NCBI GenBank assembly: GCA_910588255.1
Contig: CAJUOM010000002.1
Span: 15,470 to 79,469, forward strand
Length of the DNA stretch: 64,000 nt
DNA from: an uncultured Alphaproteobacteria bacterium
Lineage (GTDB): Bacteria > Pseudomonadota > Alphaproteobacteria > RUG11792
Direction of reading: 5' to 3'
The position numbers were made by a program, and so were the translations under genes. Positions within the stretch are counted from its first letter, which is position 1, and every line of letters starts with the position of its first letter. The notes under the pieces are model-generated. The model ran no database searches, was not told the origin of the DNA, and was given only the letters and a program-made list of their open reading frames with translations. Positions 1-9,266 of the stretch are shown here, in pieces.

Positions 1-302
1 CCCCTCTTTTTTGCTTCTTCAGGAGTTTCTAGTTGTTCGCAAATTGCAATCCTAAATCCAGCTTTAACTAATTTTGTTAAATACATTTCAGAGGCATGCC
101 AAGGAACCCCACACATTGGAACATCTGCACGTTTTGTGAGAACCAATCCTAACTCTTTTGAAACAACTAAAGCATCTTCATAAAACAACTCATAAAAATC
201 ACCTAATCTATAAAACAAGAGATAATCTTTATATTGCTCCTTTATAGAGCAGTATTGCCGCATCATAGGGGTCAATTGAGTCGCGTTATTCTTCTTACTC
301 AT
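1..302 (-). CDS. mutS: DNA mismatch repair protein MutS, N-terminal part (runs off the window start)
   Basis: Not in the ORF track. Manual minus-strand translation from the ATG at 302 gives [100 protein letters not shown]. This is the MutS domain I pattern (TPMM.QY, LFYR.GDFYE.F, GVP.H, AICEQ). The start overlaps the ispH stop by 8 nt. Confidence 0.85.
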   Translation of the reverse strand, partial: MSKKNNATQLTPMMRQYCSIKEQYKDYLLFYRLGDFYELFYEDALVVSKELGLVLTKRADVPMCGVPWHASEMYLTKLVKAGFRIAICEQLETPEEAKKR

Positions 303-1191
303 TTTGCGTATTGAACTCTTTTATAACTATATCTAGTTTTTGTTTTAAAAATTCCAATAAATCTTGAACTATTTCATCTGGAGTGGAAGCTGCAGATGTA
401 ATCGCTATACTATTAATACCATCAAAATTATAATCTGTTAAATTTTCTTTTGAATCAATAAGTATTGCTTCTTTTGTTCCTGCACTAATGGCAACTTCAC
501 GTAGTCTGTTTGCATTTGAAGAATGAGAAGAACCAACGACTATAAACAAATCGATTGAATTTGCAATACGTCGTACCGCATCTTGTCTTTCTTTTGTTGC
601 GTAACAAATGTTATCTTGATTTGTTGACTTTATATGAGGAATTTTCTCTTTTAATTTCTTAACCACATTTTCTACGACTGTTGAATCAAGGGTAGTCTGC
701 GTGAAATATACAACTTCATCATCTGATAAATCAGGGAGCAAATCAACATCTATCTCGTCATAAACAACATATGTATCTTTATTTCCTGCATATCCCAAAA
801 GGGCTATTATTTCAGCGTGAGATCTGTGTCCGATAAGAACTATTTTTTTTTCAGATTCAGTTTCTTTCTTTACACTATTTTGAATAGATTTCACGATAGG
901 ACAAGTACCATCAATTATTGTTAATTCTTTTGATTCCGCTTTTTCAATAACATGAGGAGAAACTCCATGTGCTGAAAACATAACAACAGATCCATCAGGT
1001 ATATCATCTAATGAATCGACTTTTATTAACCCTTTTTCTTCTAGTTGTTTTATGAAAATTTTGTTATGAATTATATCTTCTGTTATGTATATAGTTCCAT
1101 ATAATTTTAACATTTGCCTTGCCATATCCACTGCGCGAGAAACTCCAGAACAAAATCCTCTTGGAGATAACAAATAACAAATAACAGACAT
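295..1191 (-). CDS. ispH: 4-hydroxy-3-methylbut-2-enyl diphosphate reductase (IspH/LytB)
   Basis: 298 aa. Has the N-terminal [21 protein letters not shown] and ICYAT cysteine motifs and the SSNANRL motif typical of LytB/IspH. Confidence 0.85.
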   Translation of the reverse strand: MSVICYLLSPRGFCSGVSRAVDMARQMLKLYGTIYITEDIIHNKIFIKQLEEKGLIKVDSLDDIPDGSVVMFSAHGVSPHVIEKAESKELTIIDGTCPIVKSIQNSVKKETESEKKIVLIGHRSHAEIIALLGYAGNKDTYVVYDEIDVDLLPDLSDDEVVYFTQTTLDSTVVENVVKKLKEKIPHIKSTNQDNICYATKERQDAVRRIANSIDLFIVVGSSHSSNANRLREVAISAGTKEAILIDSKENLTDYNFDGINSIAITSAASTPDEIVQDLLEFLKQKLDIVIKEFNTQNE

Positions 1192-1535
1192 AGAAAATTT
1201 TAAAAAAATTTATTATTATCAGAATATAACAAATTTTCTAAAATAGCAATCTCGAATTAAATTAGCTATATGTTTTATGCTTGCACAACCTGGATTGTTA
1301 ATCAGTCTATAATGTCTACTGAAAGCGCTATAGGTACCACTGCGGTGTCAATGAAGTTTTCCGGTGAGACCATCATTCTAATTCACGCTTCGTGCCACAC
1401 TTTGTTTATAATACGTCGCAAATCGTGCTCCATTTGCGATATGTCTAAGGGTTAACTAACATCCATCCCTAAGGTGGAAGGGTTTATTAGGATAGGTTTC
1501 CTATTTAAAAATCAATCCATTCGCGTTGCCAACGC

Positions 1536-2147
1536 CTACGGCGGAGAGAACGCTGAAATATCAAGAATAATTGATAAAGTTTTGCATACATTATTCTTAA
1601 ATACTAAACAGTTTTTCACAACAATTCTCAGAAAATATCCATGATATGTAATACGTTTCAGGAAAACCGGAAACCTCCTCATACGAAGTCTATTTTCCAT
1701 TCTCCGCCTTGGAGCATCACATTCCTTCAGAAGTTTGATCATCGCTTCACGCTTTTGCTCCTCACGAATCTCCTTTTTCGAAGGTATATGACGTACGAGT
1801 TTCACATTACAAACATTCATCAAAAGCTTTTCGACATAATGCTTCGAAGGTGATCCAATCTCAGGAATTCTGAGATCTCTTGCAACAATCTCAATACCTC
1901 CATAATCGTCCATATCAGACTCATAACATCTGAAATTTAGACGAGATTCCATCGCGAGGAATAAGGTTTTCCCATGTCTATCATGAAGTTTTATAAGCTG
2001 AGGACGCATAAAATATTCCTCATATTTCTTATGAATTCTAATAAAAATCTCTGGTTTTTTGCGGTCATTAATGTAGCGATTATCAAACCTAATCTGCTGA
2101 AGTTTAATATCCTTATCACCACCCCAGATGGTCATATAAATTCTCAT
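1536..2147 (-). CDS. hypothetical 203-aa protein carried inside the repeat element (no recognisable family)
   Basis: The ATG at 2147 is preceded by AGGAG (2154-2158) with a 6-nt spacer. The ORF is basic and Arg-rich near the C-terminus (PRRRMENRLRMRRF). I see no HUH/Y1, DDE, CxxC zinc-finger, RT or Walker motifs. Composition looks slightly GC-richer than the neighbouring genes. Confidence 0.55.
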   Translation of the reverse strand: MRIYMTIWGGDKDIKLQQIRFDNRYINDRKKPEIFIRIHKKYEEYFMRPQLIKLHDRHGKTLFLAMESRLNFRCYESDMDDYGGIEIVARDLRIPEIGSPSKHYVEKLLMNVCNVKLVRHIPSKKEIREEQKREAMIKLLKECDAPRRRMENRLRMRRFPVFLKRITYHGYFLRIVVKNCLVFKNNVCKTLSIILDISAFSPP

Positions 2148-2228
2148 AAATTACTCCTAAAAGTTGATAGTCATTTAAATAAAAGTTGTTAAAGATTAAA
2201 GGAAAATATAGTATGTGAGTTACATGGA

Positions 2229-2278
2229 GGGTGCGCAGCGTGTGGTATACTCATTAATTTTACCACACGCCGCGCGCC
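2229..2278. repeat. GC-rich hairpin, type 1 (stem GCGC[A/G]GCGTGTGGTA / TACCACACGCCGCGC)
   Basis: Stem of ~15-18 bp with one mismatch and an AT-rich 13-nt loop. The same hairpin occurs at 45217-45269 and 63952-64000, and in decayed form at 61353-61398. Confidence 0.8.
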
Positions 2279-2298
2279 TGTATATCCCCTATATTTTC

Positions 2299-2355
2299 AG
2301 TATATCTCCAGCTCTTCTCCAAAGTCAAATCCTAAAAAGTCCCATAAAATTTTAG
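2299..2355 (-). promoter_or_regulatory. repeat-borne promoter module: 24-nt motif + TTGACT-18 nt-TATACT (minus strand)
   Basis: Motif CTAAAAAGTCCCATAAAATTTTAG at 2332-2355. The -35 (agtcaa on the plus strand) is at 2323-2328 and the -10 (agtata) at 2299-2304. It points toward ORF203 and ispH. Confidence 0.5.
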
Positions 2356-2508
2356 AGATTTTTACAAGATTTATAAAACTATTTACTAATCTTTTTGGAC
2401 AATCATTATGTCTCTTATGCCGCCCACATATCTAGTAATGATTGATATTGATAAATTTAATAAATTTAATTAAAATGATTTTTGGATAGTTAAAAAATTA
2501 TAATTCAA

Positions 2509-3069
2509 ATGAGTTTAGATTCGAAGCTTGAGCAATTTAAAAATAAAATGGATCTTTCAATTAGTGCATTTTCAAAAGATTTATCCGGAATCAGAGCGGG
2601 ACGTGCTTCCACTGCATTATTGGAGCCAATAAAAGTTGAAGCTTATGGTTCCTTGATACCTATGAATCAAGTTGGTGCTATATCTGCTCCTGATCCAAAA
2701 TTATTAACAGTTAGTGTTTGGGACAGAGGACTCGTAAAAAATGTTGAAAAAGCAATTAGGGATTGTGGAGCTAATCTGAATCCTTCTGTTGATGGACAGA
2801 CCGTTAGGATTCCTATCCCTCCTCTTTCTGATGAAAGAAGGCAAGAACTTTTCAAATTAGCTGCAAAATATGCTGAAGAATCGAAAGTAGCAATCAGAAA
2901 CATACGTCGAGATGCTATGGATTTTATAAAACAACTGGAAAAAAATAATGAAATAAGTGAAGACGATATGCGAAAACTTTCTGATTCAGTTCAGGAATTA
3001 ACAAATGAATCTTCAAAGAAAATCGATTCTCTTTTGGCTCAAAAACAAAAGGATATATTGCAGATATAG
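2509..3069 (+). CDS. frr: ribosome recycling factor
   Basis: 186 aa. Typical RRF sequence (LSGIRAGRAS..LLE.I.VE.YG, RIPIPPLSDERR). Confidence 0.9.
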   Translation: MSLDSKLEQFKNKMDLSISAFSKDLSGIRAGRASTALLEPIKVEAYGSLIPMNQVGAISAPDPKLLTVSVWDRGLVKNVEKAIRDCGANLNPSVDGQTVRIPIPPLSDERRQELFKLAAKYAEESKVAIRNIRRDAMDFIKQLEKNNEISEDDMRKLSDSVQELTNESSKKIDSLLAQKQKDILQI

Positions 3070-3076
3070 GAAGTTC

Positions 3077-3751
3077 ATGAGAAAATTGTTTCATTATCCA
3101 TTATGTGGATTTTCAAGATGTGTCAGGTTAGAATTATCTGAAAAACATCTTGATTACGAAATGATATATGAAACTCCCTGGAATCCTTCAGAAGATTTGC
3201 TTGAATATAACCATTTTGGAACAATACCTGTTTTTGTTGATATTAATGGAGTTTCCGTTTATGGTTTTTCTGCAATAAGAGAATATTTAGAAGAAGTTTA
3301 TTCTGAAATTAATTTAATCGGAACAGATTTTCAACAAAGAGCAGAAGCCAGGAAAATATCTGATTGGTTTTCCTCTGTATTTTATAAGGACGTTTATTAT
3401 CCAATTGTTCAAGAAAAAATATTAAAACGATTTTCGAAAAATATAGATAAAACACCAAATCCAGCTTCTGTTAGAATAGCAAGTTCAAAACTTTCAACGC
3501 ATATGGAATATATATCATGGCTAATAGACAGAAGAAATTGGCTTGCAGGAAAAGATTTTTCCATAGCAGATATTACTGCAGTTTCATTTATTTCTGTCCT
3601 AGACTATTTAGGGGCCATTACTTGGAATAAATATGATATTGCGAAAAGTTGGTATGCAAGAATTAAATCCCGTCCAAGTTTCCGTAATATTTTGAATGAC
3701 AATTTACCTCAAATACCCCCAATAAAAGACTACGTTGATTTAGATTTTTAA
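3077..3751 (+). CDS. glutathione S-transferase family protein
   Basis: I start it at the internal ATG at 3077, which follows AGGAAG; the track ORF begins at 3005 inside frr. It has a thioredoxin-like GST N-domain (LFHYPLCGFSRCVRL, GTIPVFVD) and a C-terminal helical domain. Confidence 0.65.
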   Translation: MRKLFHYPLCGFSRCVRLELSEKHLDYEMIYETPWNPSEDLLEYNHFGTIPVFVDINGVSVYGFSAIREYLEEVYSEINLIGTDFQQRAEARKISDWFSSVFYKDVYYPIVQEKILKRFSKNIDKTPNPASVRIASSKLSTHMEYISWLIDRRNWLAGKDFSIADITAVSFISVLDYLGAITWNKYDIAKSWYARIKSRPSFRNILNDNLPQIPPIKDYVDLDF

Positions 3752-3763
3752 AAAGGATTCTAT

Positions 3764-4000
3764 ATGTTTAAATTTATTTTAATTTACGACGAAGAAAAGT
3801 TATTCGATGCTGAGGTTATGGAAGTGAAAACAGATACAGAAAATGGAATAATCACGATATTAGATAAACACCAACAACATATGTCTAAAATTTCCCAAAA
3901 CATAACTTACAAAACACAAAATGGTTCACAAACAATAGAATTCTCCGAAGGATTTTTATATACCAATGGAGAAGTTTGTTTTGCGGTTATAGATAAGTAA
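3764..4000 (+). CDS. small protein resembling the N-terminal beta-sandwich of F1 ATP synthase epsilon (AtpC-like)
   Basis: 78 aa. The pattern F.F.L....LFD.EV.EV...T..G..TIL..H......I......G....IE.S.GFL...G.V....D follows the epsilon-subunit N-domain. Its stop overlaps the trmD start (TAATG). Confidence 0.4.
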   Translation: MFKFILIYDEEKLFDAEVMEVKTDTENGIITILDKHQQHMSKISQNITYKTQNGSQTIEFSEGFLYTNGEVCFAVIDK

Positions 4001-4707
4001 TGCTTATAACTTTAGTCACTATATTTCCAGAAATGTTTCCAGGTCCTTTGGCACATAGCTTGACAGGAAAAAGTTTGGGAAAATTGTGGGAACTGAAAAT
4101 TATTAACATGCGCGATTTTGCTCCAGATAAACATAAAAAAGTAGACGACACGCCATATGGAGGTGGTGCCGGAATGGTTATGAAACCTGACGTCGTCCAC
4201 AATGCTTTAAAGTATGCTTTGTCGTTTTATGATAAACCCCCTAAAATAATTTTTATGTCTCCGAGAGGATATGTTTTTTCAAATCAAACCGCAAAAGAAT
4301 TATCAAAAAATCAAAATGGCATGATTATATTATGCGGAAGATATGAAGGAATAGATCAAAGAGTAATAGACCATTGGAGAAAACACCATAAACTTCAAGA
4401 AGTAAGCATTGGAGATTATGTCTTATTCGGCGGCGAAATTCCAGCTATGGTTGTTATTGAATCTTGTTTAAGATTTATTCCTGGAATTATGGGAAATAGT
4501 GAATCTGTCAATGATGAAAGTTTTGTTCTTGATTTATTGGAGTATTCGCAGTATACTAAACCTGCAATCTGGAAAGAATATAATGTACCTTCTGTTTTAT
4601 TATCCGGAGACCATGAAAAGATTGCATCATGGAGGATAGCTCAATCAAAACAGATTACTCAAGAGGTTCGTCCTGATTTATGGAAACGATTTATTTCTCG
4701 AAAGTAA
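4000..4707 (+). CDS. trmD: tRNA (guanine37-N1)-methyltransferase
   Basis: 235 aa with the TrmD motifs TIFPEMF, DDTPYGGGAGMVMKP, CGRYEGIDQRV, GDYVL.GGE. Confidence 0.9.
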   Translation: MLITLVTIFPEMFPGPLAHSLTGKSLGKLWELKIINMRDFAPDKHKKVDDTPYGGGAGMVMKPDVVHNALKYALSFYDKPPKIIFMSPRGYVFSNQTAKELSKNQNGMIILCGRYEGIDQRVIDHWRKHHKLQEVSIGDYVLFGGEIPAMVVIESCLRFIPGIMGNSESVNDESFVLDLLEYSQYTKPAIWKEYNVPSVLLSGDHEKIASWRIAQSKQITQEVRPDLWKRFISRK

Positions 4708-4745
4708 AGTGTACCGATTGTATTTAAAATTGGGAGAATTCAAAA

Positions 4746-5111
4746 ATGAATTTGATAGAACAAATTAATAAAGAACAAATTGAAAAATTAACGGCAAATA
4801 AGACTCTTCCTTCTTTCAGAGCGGGAGATTCTGTCAAGGTTCTTGTCAAAGTGATTGAAGGCACGAGAGAAAGAATGCAATCTTTTGAGGGAATTGTTAT
4901 TGCAAAGAAAAATCGTGGAATAAACTCATCTTTCAAAGTAAGAAAAATATCAAATGGAGAAGGTGTTGAAAGATTATTCCATCTATATTCCCCTAATATT
5001 CAGATTGAAGTTTTAAAACATGGAAAAGTACGCCGTGCAAAATTATACTACTTGAGAGAAAGAACGGGTAAGAGCGCACGTATAGCAGAAAAAAAGAGAT
5101 TAGAAGTTTGA
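4746..5111 (+). CDS. rplS: 50S ribosomal protein L19
   Basis: 121 aa. Has [20 protein letters not shown] and sits in the conserved trmD-rplS order. Ends in TGA. Confidence 0.9.
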   Translation: MNLIEQINKEQIEKLTANKTLPSFRAGDSVKVLVKVIEGTRERMQSFEGIVIAKKNRGINSSFKVRKISNGEGVERLFHLYSPNIQIEVLKHGKVRRAKLYYLRERTGKSARIAEKKRLEV

Positions 5112-5282
5112 TATTAGCTTGCGGTAATTAATCGCAGATAATAAATAGTATCTCATGCCCCATAGCACATGATATTTTTGATACTATATTGTGTGTTATG
5201 TGTTTTTATATTTTTCAAAAATTTTATGTTTTTTTAAGAACGTCCAAAATTTGTATAAAAGGACTCAAAGGATAGATATTAA

Positions 5283-5460
5283 CTGTGAATAATTATACCC
5301 CAATTTTGAACTTTAGTTGTCCATTTTTTCTCTACGAAATAAACCTCTTCCAACGTTTCTTCACTCGGAAATGTGGGGTTATTTTCATATATTTGCTCAT
5401 ATTTCGATTAAATGACTCTATCGGATTGGTTGTATAAACAAGCCTTCTTACATTCTCCAT
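5283..5460 (-). mobile_element. IS256-family (mutator-type) transposase relic, C-terminal ~55 codons with one frameshift
   Basis: Manual minus-strand translation gives VRRLVYTTNPIESFNRNMSKYMKITPHF / FPSEETLEEVYFVEKKWTTKVQNWGIIIHS. This matches the IS256 C-terminal signature (IYTTN.IES.N ... FP.. .AL..L.. .. KW..P..NW). Confidence 0.6.
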
Positions 5461-5738
5461 TTACATCAATCTTTTGAGAGGTCTCGATTTCATATATGAA
5501 TTGAAAAGTATATACTGAAATTATATTCATCAAACTTAATATGTCATTTTCGAAAAAAAGATAACATAAGAATTGATTTATGAAATTCAGTTAAGTACAA
5601 AGTGCAAGAGAATTAAACAAATTTTGACTAAACAAAAAAAATCCATAATCAGTTTTGCCTTTCTAAAACATAATATAGATCCGCATTTTTCTTGCAGCAC
5701 TAAATATCAGGCACTGCGCATATTTGAAATAACAAGTT

Positions 5739-6644
5739 CTATTTTTCCTCTTTTTTCAAAGCTTCTGCAGAAAATATAGTTTCTCTCAATTGTTCACTGA
5801 TAGAAGCAAGGTTTCCTGGAGAATGAGGAACAAAAACTACGCTTGATTTCGAATTTGCTCCGATATCTTTTAACGTATCAATGTATTGAATTAAAAGCAC
5901 CATGTCCATAACATGTGCAGAATCTTCACCTGTTTGTTTTTTTAAACCTGCAACAGATTCACTTAATCCTTCAATAATCGCCAAACGTTGACCTGCAACT
6001 CCTTTTCCATGGAGTATACAAGATTCAGCTTCCGCTTCTGCTTGTTTTACTTTTAGAATTTTTTCTGCCTCTCCTTTTTCATTAGCGGCAACTCTCAATC
6101 TTTGTGCTGTATTTATCTCATTCATAGCAGCTTTTACGTTTGCATCTGGATCGATATCAGTTACTAGTGCTTTTATTATCTCATAACCAAAATCTTCCAT
6201 TGGGGTTTTCAATTCTGTTTTTACAGCATTTGCAATATCATCTTTTCTTGAGAAAACATCATCCAAATCCATAAGAGGAACTTGAGCTCGAACCAAATCA
6301 AAAACAAAGGCCTTTATTTGAGCTAACGGGTCTTGAAGTGTATAAAAAGCTTCATATATTTTCGATTCTAAAACTTTATATTGTACGGCAATAACAATTC
6401 TAATGAAAACATTGTCTTTAGTCTTTGTTTCCACATCGACATTTAATTGATGAATTCTGAGAGAAATTTTGCTTCTCAAAGTTTCAATCAAAGGTATTTT
6501 GAAATTTAATCCCGGACGAGCTAATCTATTAAACTTACCAAATCTCTCGATTATTGCGCAACTTTGCTGTTCAACTATATAAAAAGATGCTCCAAGTAAT
6601 ATAAACAAAAGAAATATGAATATCAAAAAAATCATTCTCATCAC
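5739..6644 (-). CDS. SPFH/band-7 (stomatin/prohibitin-like) membrane protein
   Basis: 301 aa. An N-terminal TM segment is followed by an SPFH core (IVEQQSCAIIERFGKF.R...PGLNFKIPLIE) and an Ala/Glu-rich coiled coil. Confidence 0.75.
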   Translation of the reverse strand: MMRMIFLIFIFLLFILLGASFYIVEQQSCAIIERFGKFNRLARPGLNFKIPLIETLRSKISLRIHQLNVDVETKTKDNVFIRIVIAVQYKVLESKIYEAFYTLQDPLAQIKAFVFDLVRAQVPLMDLDDVFSRKDDIANAVKTELKTPMEDFGYEIIKALVTDIDPDANVKAAMNEINTAQRLRVAANEKGEAEKILKVKQAEAEAESCILHGKGVAGQRLAIIEGLSESVAGLKKQTGEDSAHVMDMVLLIQYIDTLKDIGANSKSSVVFVPHSPGNLASISEQLRETIFSAEALKKEEK

Positions 6645-6793
6645 ATAATTAATACATTCCTTATATATAGTATAACAAATAATAATTATTTTGTAAAGTG
6701 TATAGATGCACTATTTTATTGATAAGATCTCATGATATCATTTTTATCTAGACAAAAGGTTTGAAATTTTGTATTATAAAATTGTTGATAAAG

Positions 6794-6869
6794 GCCCAGA
6801 TAGCTCAGTTGGTAGAGCAAGAGACTGAAAATCTCTGTGTCGTTGGTTCGATTCCATCTCTGGGCACCA
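6794..6869 (+). tRNA. tRNA-Phe (GAA)
   Basis: 76 nt. Acceptor GCCCAGA/TCTGGGC, D-loop AGCTCAGTTGGTAGAGC, anticodon loop CTGAAAA, T-arm GGTTCGATTCC, encoded CCA. Confidence 0.9.
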
Positions 6870-6884
6870 CTTAAAATCCGTTTC

Positions 6885-9260
6885 ATGAGTTATACAAAAG
6901 AATATTTTGACGCTACGGATATAACTTCATCCAGTTTCGTTTTTGCATCCGCTGGTTCCGGAAAGACTAAAATTTTGGTAGATCGTTATATAAAGTCACT
7001 ATTTTTTGGAATTAAACCTGAAGAAATTCTTTGCATAACATTCACAAATGCGGCGGTTTTTGAAATGGAAACACGTATTTCTGGTATTCTTGAAAAACTC
7101 TATATAAATGAAAATGATTTTACAAAAAATTATATATCTAAAGTCTTAAGAATAGAACCAACAACAGAGAATATAAAAAAAGCTGAAAATCTGTTTTTTT
7201 CTTTTCAAGAAAATCTTTCAAATTTGAAAATTCTGACAATTCATTCCTTCTGTCAGAGTTTGCTTCAACAATTTCCTCTTGAAGCTGATATATCCCCAAG
7301 TTTTGAAATTATAGAAGAGAGAGATTTTTTAAAATTTATACAAGAAATAAAAAATCAGGTTTTGCAAGATTTAAATGAAGAGACTTTACAGAAAATATCT
7401 GATAACTTTTCCATATATTCATTAGAAGATTTTGTAAACAAAATCCAGCAACATATTCCTAATTTTTTGGAGATATTTAAAATTTTTCCAGAAATTGAAA
7501 AATATAAAAAACATCTTATTCAAAAATTTAATTATTCTCCGAATGATACACAGCTCACGGAAGAACAAAAGCTTTTTATTAAGAAAAACATAAAAAGTGA
7601 AAACTTAGAAAATTTATATTTAGAATCAACAGGAAATATTCGAAAAAGAATACCATTTCAAAATAGTATAATTTCTCAGGAATTGGCTAAAGTAATTTTT
7701 AAAAATTCTCAAAATAGAAAAAAAAGTCAGGTTATAGAAAAAACTTGTATTTTTTTAGAATTGACAAAGCAAATTATTCATAAATATGAAGAATTTAAAA
7801 ACGATCAAAATGCAATGGATTTTTTCGATATACTTTTTAAAACAAAATATTTATTGACTGAAAGCTGTGCAAAGGAACTTGTGCTTTCAAAAATATGCAG
7901 CAAAATCAAAGCTATTATGATTGATGAGGCGCAAGATTTAAGCAAAATTCAATGGGAGTTGATTTATCTTTTTTCCGAAGATATTTATATGGATCCAAAT
8001 TCAAATAAAACGATATTTGTTGTTGGAGATATAAAGCAATCTATATATAGGTTTCAAGGAGCGGATCATTCACTTTTTTCAAAATTTTATCAATTTTGTT
8101 CAGATTCTTTGCATAATTTGAATAAAAAATTTAAAACGGTTTATTTGAATATTAACTATAGAACAACTCCGGAAATCTTGCATATAGTTGATGATGTTTT
8201 TAAAGGAAAAATTTCAGAATTTTCAATGGATAATGGAATTATAAATTATAAAAAACATATTCCTTTTCATAAAGAACAGTCAGGTAATTTCTCAATAATC
8301 GAGATCAATGAAATTGAAGATCCTGATCAATTTATAGTTCAAAAAATACTTCAATTAAAAACGAAAAATTCGCTAATTTTAACAAGAAGTCGAAATTTAT
8401 TAACTGAAAATATAATAAATAAATTAACTAATTTAGGAATAGAAATAGCTCCATCTGATAGAATAAATTTAAAGGATAATTTTTTAATATTAGACATATT
8501 AGCAATTGCGGAAATTTGTATAAATCCTTGTTATGATTATGCTTTATGTTGCTTTTTAAAAAGTCCATATTTTTTTAAAGATCCGTTATCAAATGATGAC
8601 TTTTTTAAAATTTGTCATAATAGAACAAAATCCGTATTTGAGATTTTAGAAATTCATTCTCCAAATAAATTTAATTATATTAATCAAATAGTTAAACGTT
8701 ATGATGAAAATGACTTATGTGGATTTTTTTATTATCTAATAAATCTGGCAGAAAATCTAACGCAAGATGATGAAAATGCCATATTTGGATTTATGGATGA
8801 GATCAATAAATTTTCTGAAAAGCATTCTGATAATATTCCTGAATTTTTGAAATATTTTAAAGAAACAGAAATACAAATTATAAACCAAAACACAGAAAAA
8901 GATCGTATTAGATTGTCAACGATTCATGGTTCAAAAGGTCTTGAAGCAGACACAGTATTTTTGTTGGATTTCGATTTAAATGCTGATAAACAAAAAACTG
9001 ATTTTATTTTCTCTTTTGATAATGACATTTTTTTCAAAAATCATAAAACCCCTTTGTTTTTTATAAAACCAAGTCAGAAAGATTCATTTGAGGAGCTAGA
9101 TTCTTTTATTGAACTTGAATACAAAGAAGAAGAAAAGGAGTTGTTACGTTTGCTCTATGTTGCAATGACAAGGGCTAGAGAAAATCTATATATTTTCGGA
9201 AAAGGAAATAGAAATACAGCGTTCAATTTGATAAAATCGAAGTATCTTAATAGGAATTGA
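6885..9260 (+). CDS. UvrD/AddA-family DNA helicase (no C-terminal nuclease domain visible)
   Basis: I start it at the ATG at 6885, because the track ORF start at 6837 lies inside tRNA-Phe. SF1 helicase motifs are present: ASAGSGKT (Walker A), DEAQD, VGDIKQSIYRFQGA, NYRT, TIHGSKGLE, YVAMTRAREN. Confidence 0.7.
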   Translation: MSYTKEYFDATDITSSSFVFASAGSGKTKILVDRYIKSLFFGIKPEEILCITFTNAAVFEMETRISGILEKLYINENDFTKNYISKVLRIEPTTENIKKAENLFFSFQENLSNLKILTIHSFCQSLLQQFPLEADISPSFEIIEERDFLKFIQEIKNQVLQDLNEETLQKISDNFSIYSLEDFVNKIQQHIPNFLEIFKIFPEIEKYKKHLIQKFNYSPNDTQLTEEQKLFIKKNIKSENLENLYLESTGNIRKRIPFQNSIISQELAKVIFKNSQNRKKSQVIEKTCIFLELTKQIIHKYEEFKNDQNAMDFFDILFKTKYLLTESCAKELVLSKICSKIKAIMIDEAQDLSKIQWELIYLFSEDIYMDPNSNKTIFVVGDIKQSIYRFQGADHSLFSKFYQFCSDSLHNLNKKFKTVYLNINYRTTPEILHIVDDVFKGKISEFSMDNGIINYKKHIPFHKEQSGNFSIIEINEIEDPDQFIVQKILQLKTKNSLILTRSRNLLTENIINKLTNLGIEIAPSDRINLKDNFLILDILAIAEICINPCYDYALCCFLKSPYFFKDPLSNDDFFKICHNRTKSVFEILEIHSPNKFNYINQIVKRYDENDLCGFFYYLINLAENLTQDDENAIFGFMDEINKFSEKHSDNIPEFLKYFKETEIQIINQNTEKDRIRLSTIHGSKGLEADTVFLLDFDLNADKQKTDFIFSFDNDIFFKNHKTPLFFIKPSQKDSFEELDSFIELEYKEEEKELLRLLYVAMTRARENLYIFGKGNRNTAFNLIKSKYLNRN

Positions 9261-9266
9261 TCATTT

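Larger units (their letters stand above)
1312..2367 (-). mobile_element. ORF-carrying copy of a modular repeat (promoter module, GC hairpin, 203-aa ORF, conserved B and A tail modules)
   Basis: The left ~180 nt (A: ATGTCTACTGAAAGCGCTATAGGTACC..CTGCGGTGTCA..CCGGTGAG..TTCTAATTCACGCTTCGTGC; B: TTAACTAACATCCATCCCTAAGGTGGAAGGGTTTATT at 1452-1488) and the right ~140 nt recur at 45131-45473 (inverted) and 61129-61484 without the ORF. Confidence 0.7.

Noticed and set aside
1270-1455. Track ORF (61 aa) and the ATG that opens every A module (ATGTCTACCGAAAGC...) as a small conserved peptide gene.
   Set aside because: The frame is not conserved between copies. It stops after 18 codons at 11156 and after 12 at 28979, and indels shift the frame. 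Conservation is at the nucleotide level, so I treat it as non-coding repeat sequence.
1536-2147. The 203-aa repeat-borne ORF as an IS200/IS605 TnpA or a REP-associated tyrosine transposase (RAYT).
   Set aside because: The association with hairpin repeats prompted the idea. However, I find no His-hydrophobic-His motif or plausible catalytic Tyr context, and no resemblance to TnpA/RAYT sequences I know. I leave it as unknown.
5507-5527. TATACTGAAATTATA near the IS256 relic, and CCCTATATTTTCA at 17147-17159, as additional promoter modules.
   Set aside because: They match only short pieces of the region around the repeat's -10. They lack the -35, the 24-nt motif and the hairpin. They are probably eroded fragments, or chance matches.
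6837-6884. The N-terminal 16 codons of the helicase ORF as given in the track.
   Set aside because: They overlap tRNA-Phe (6794-6869). The ATG at 6885 is the credible start.
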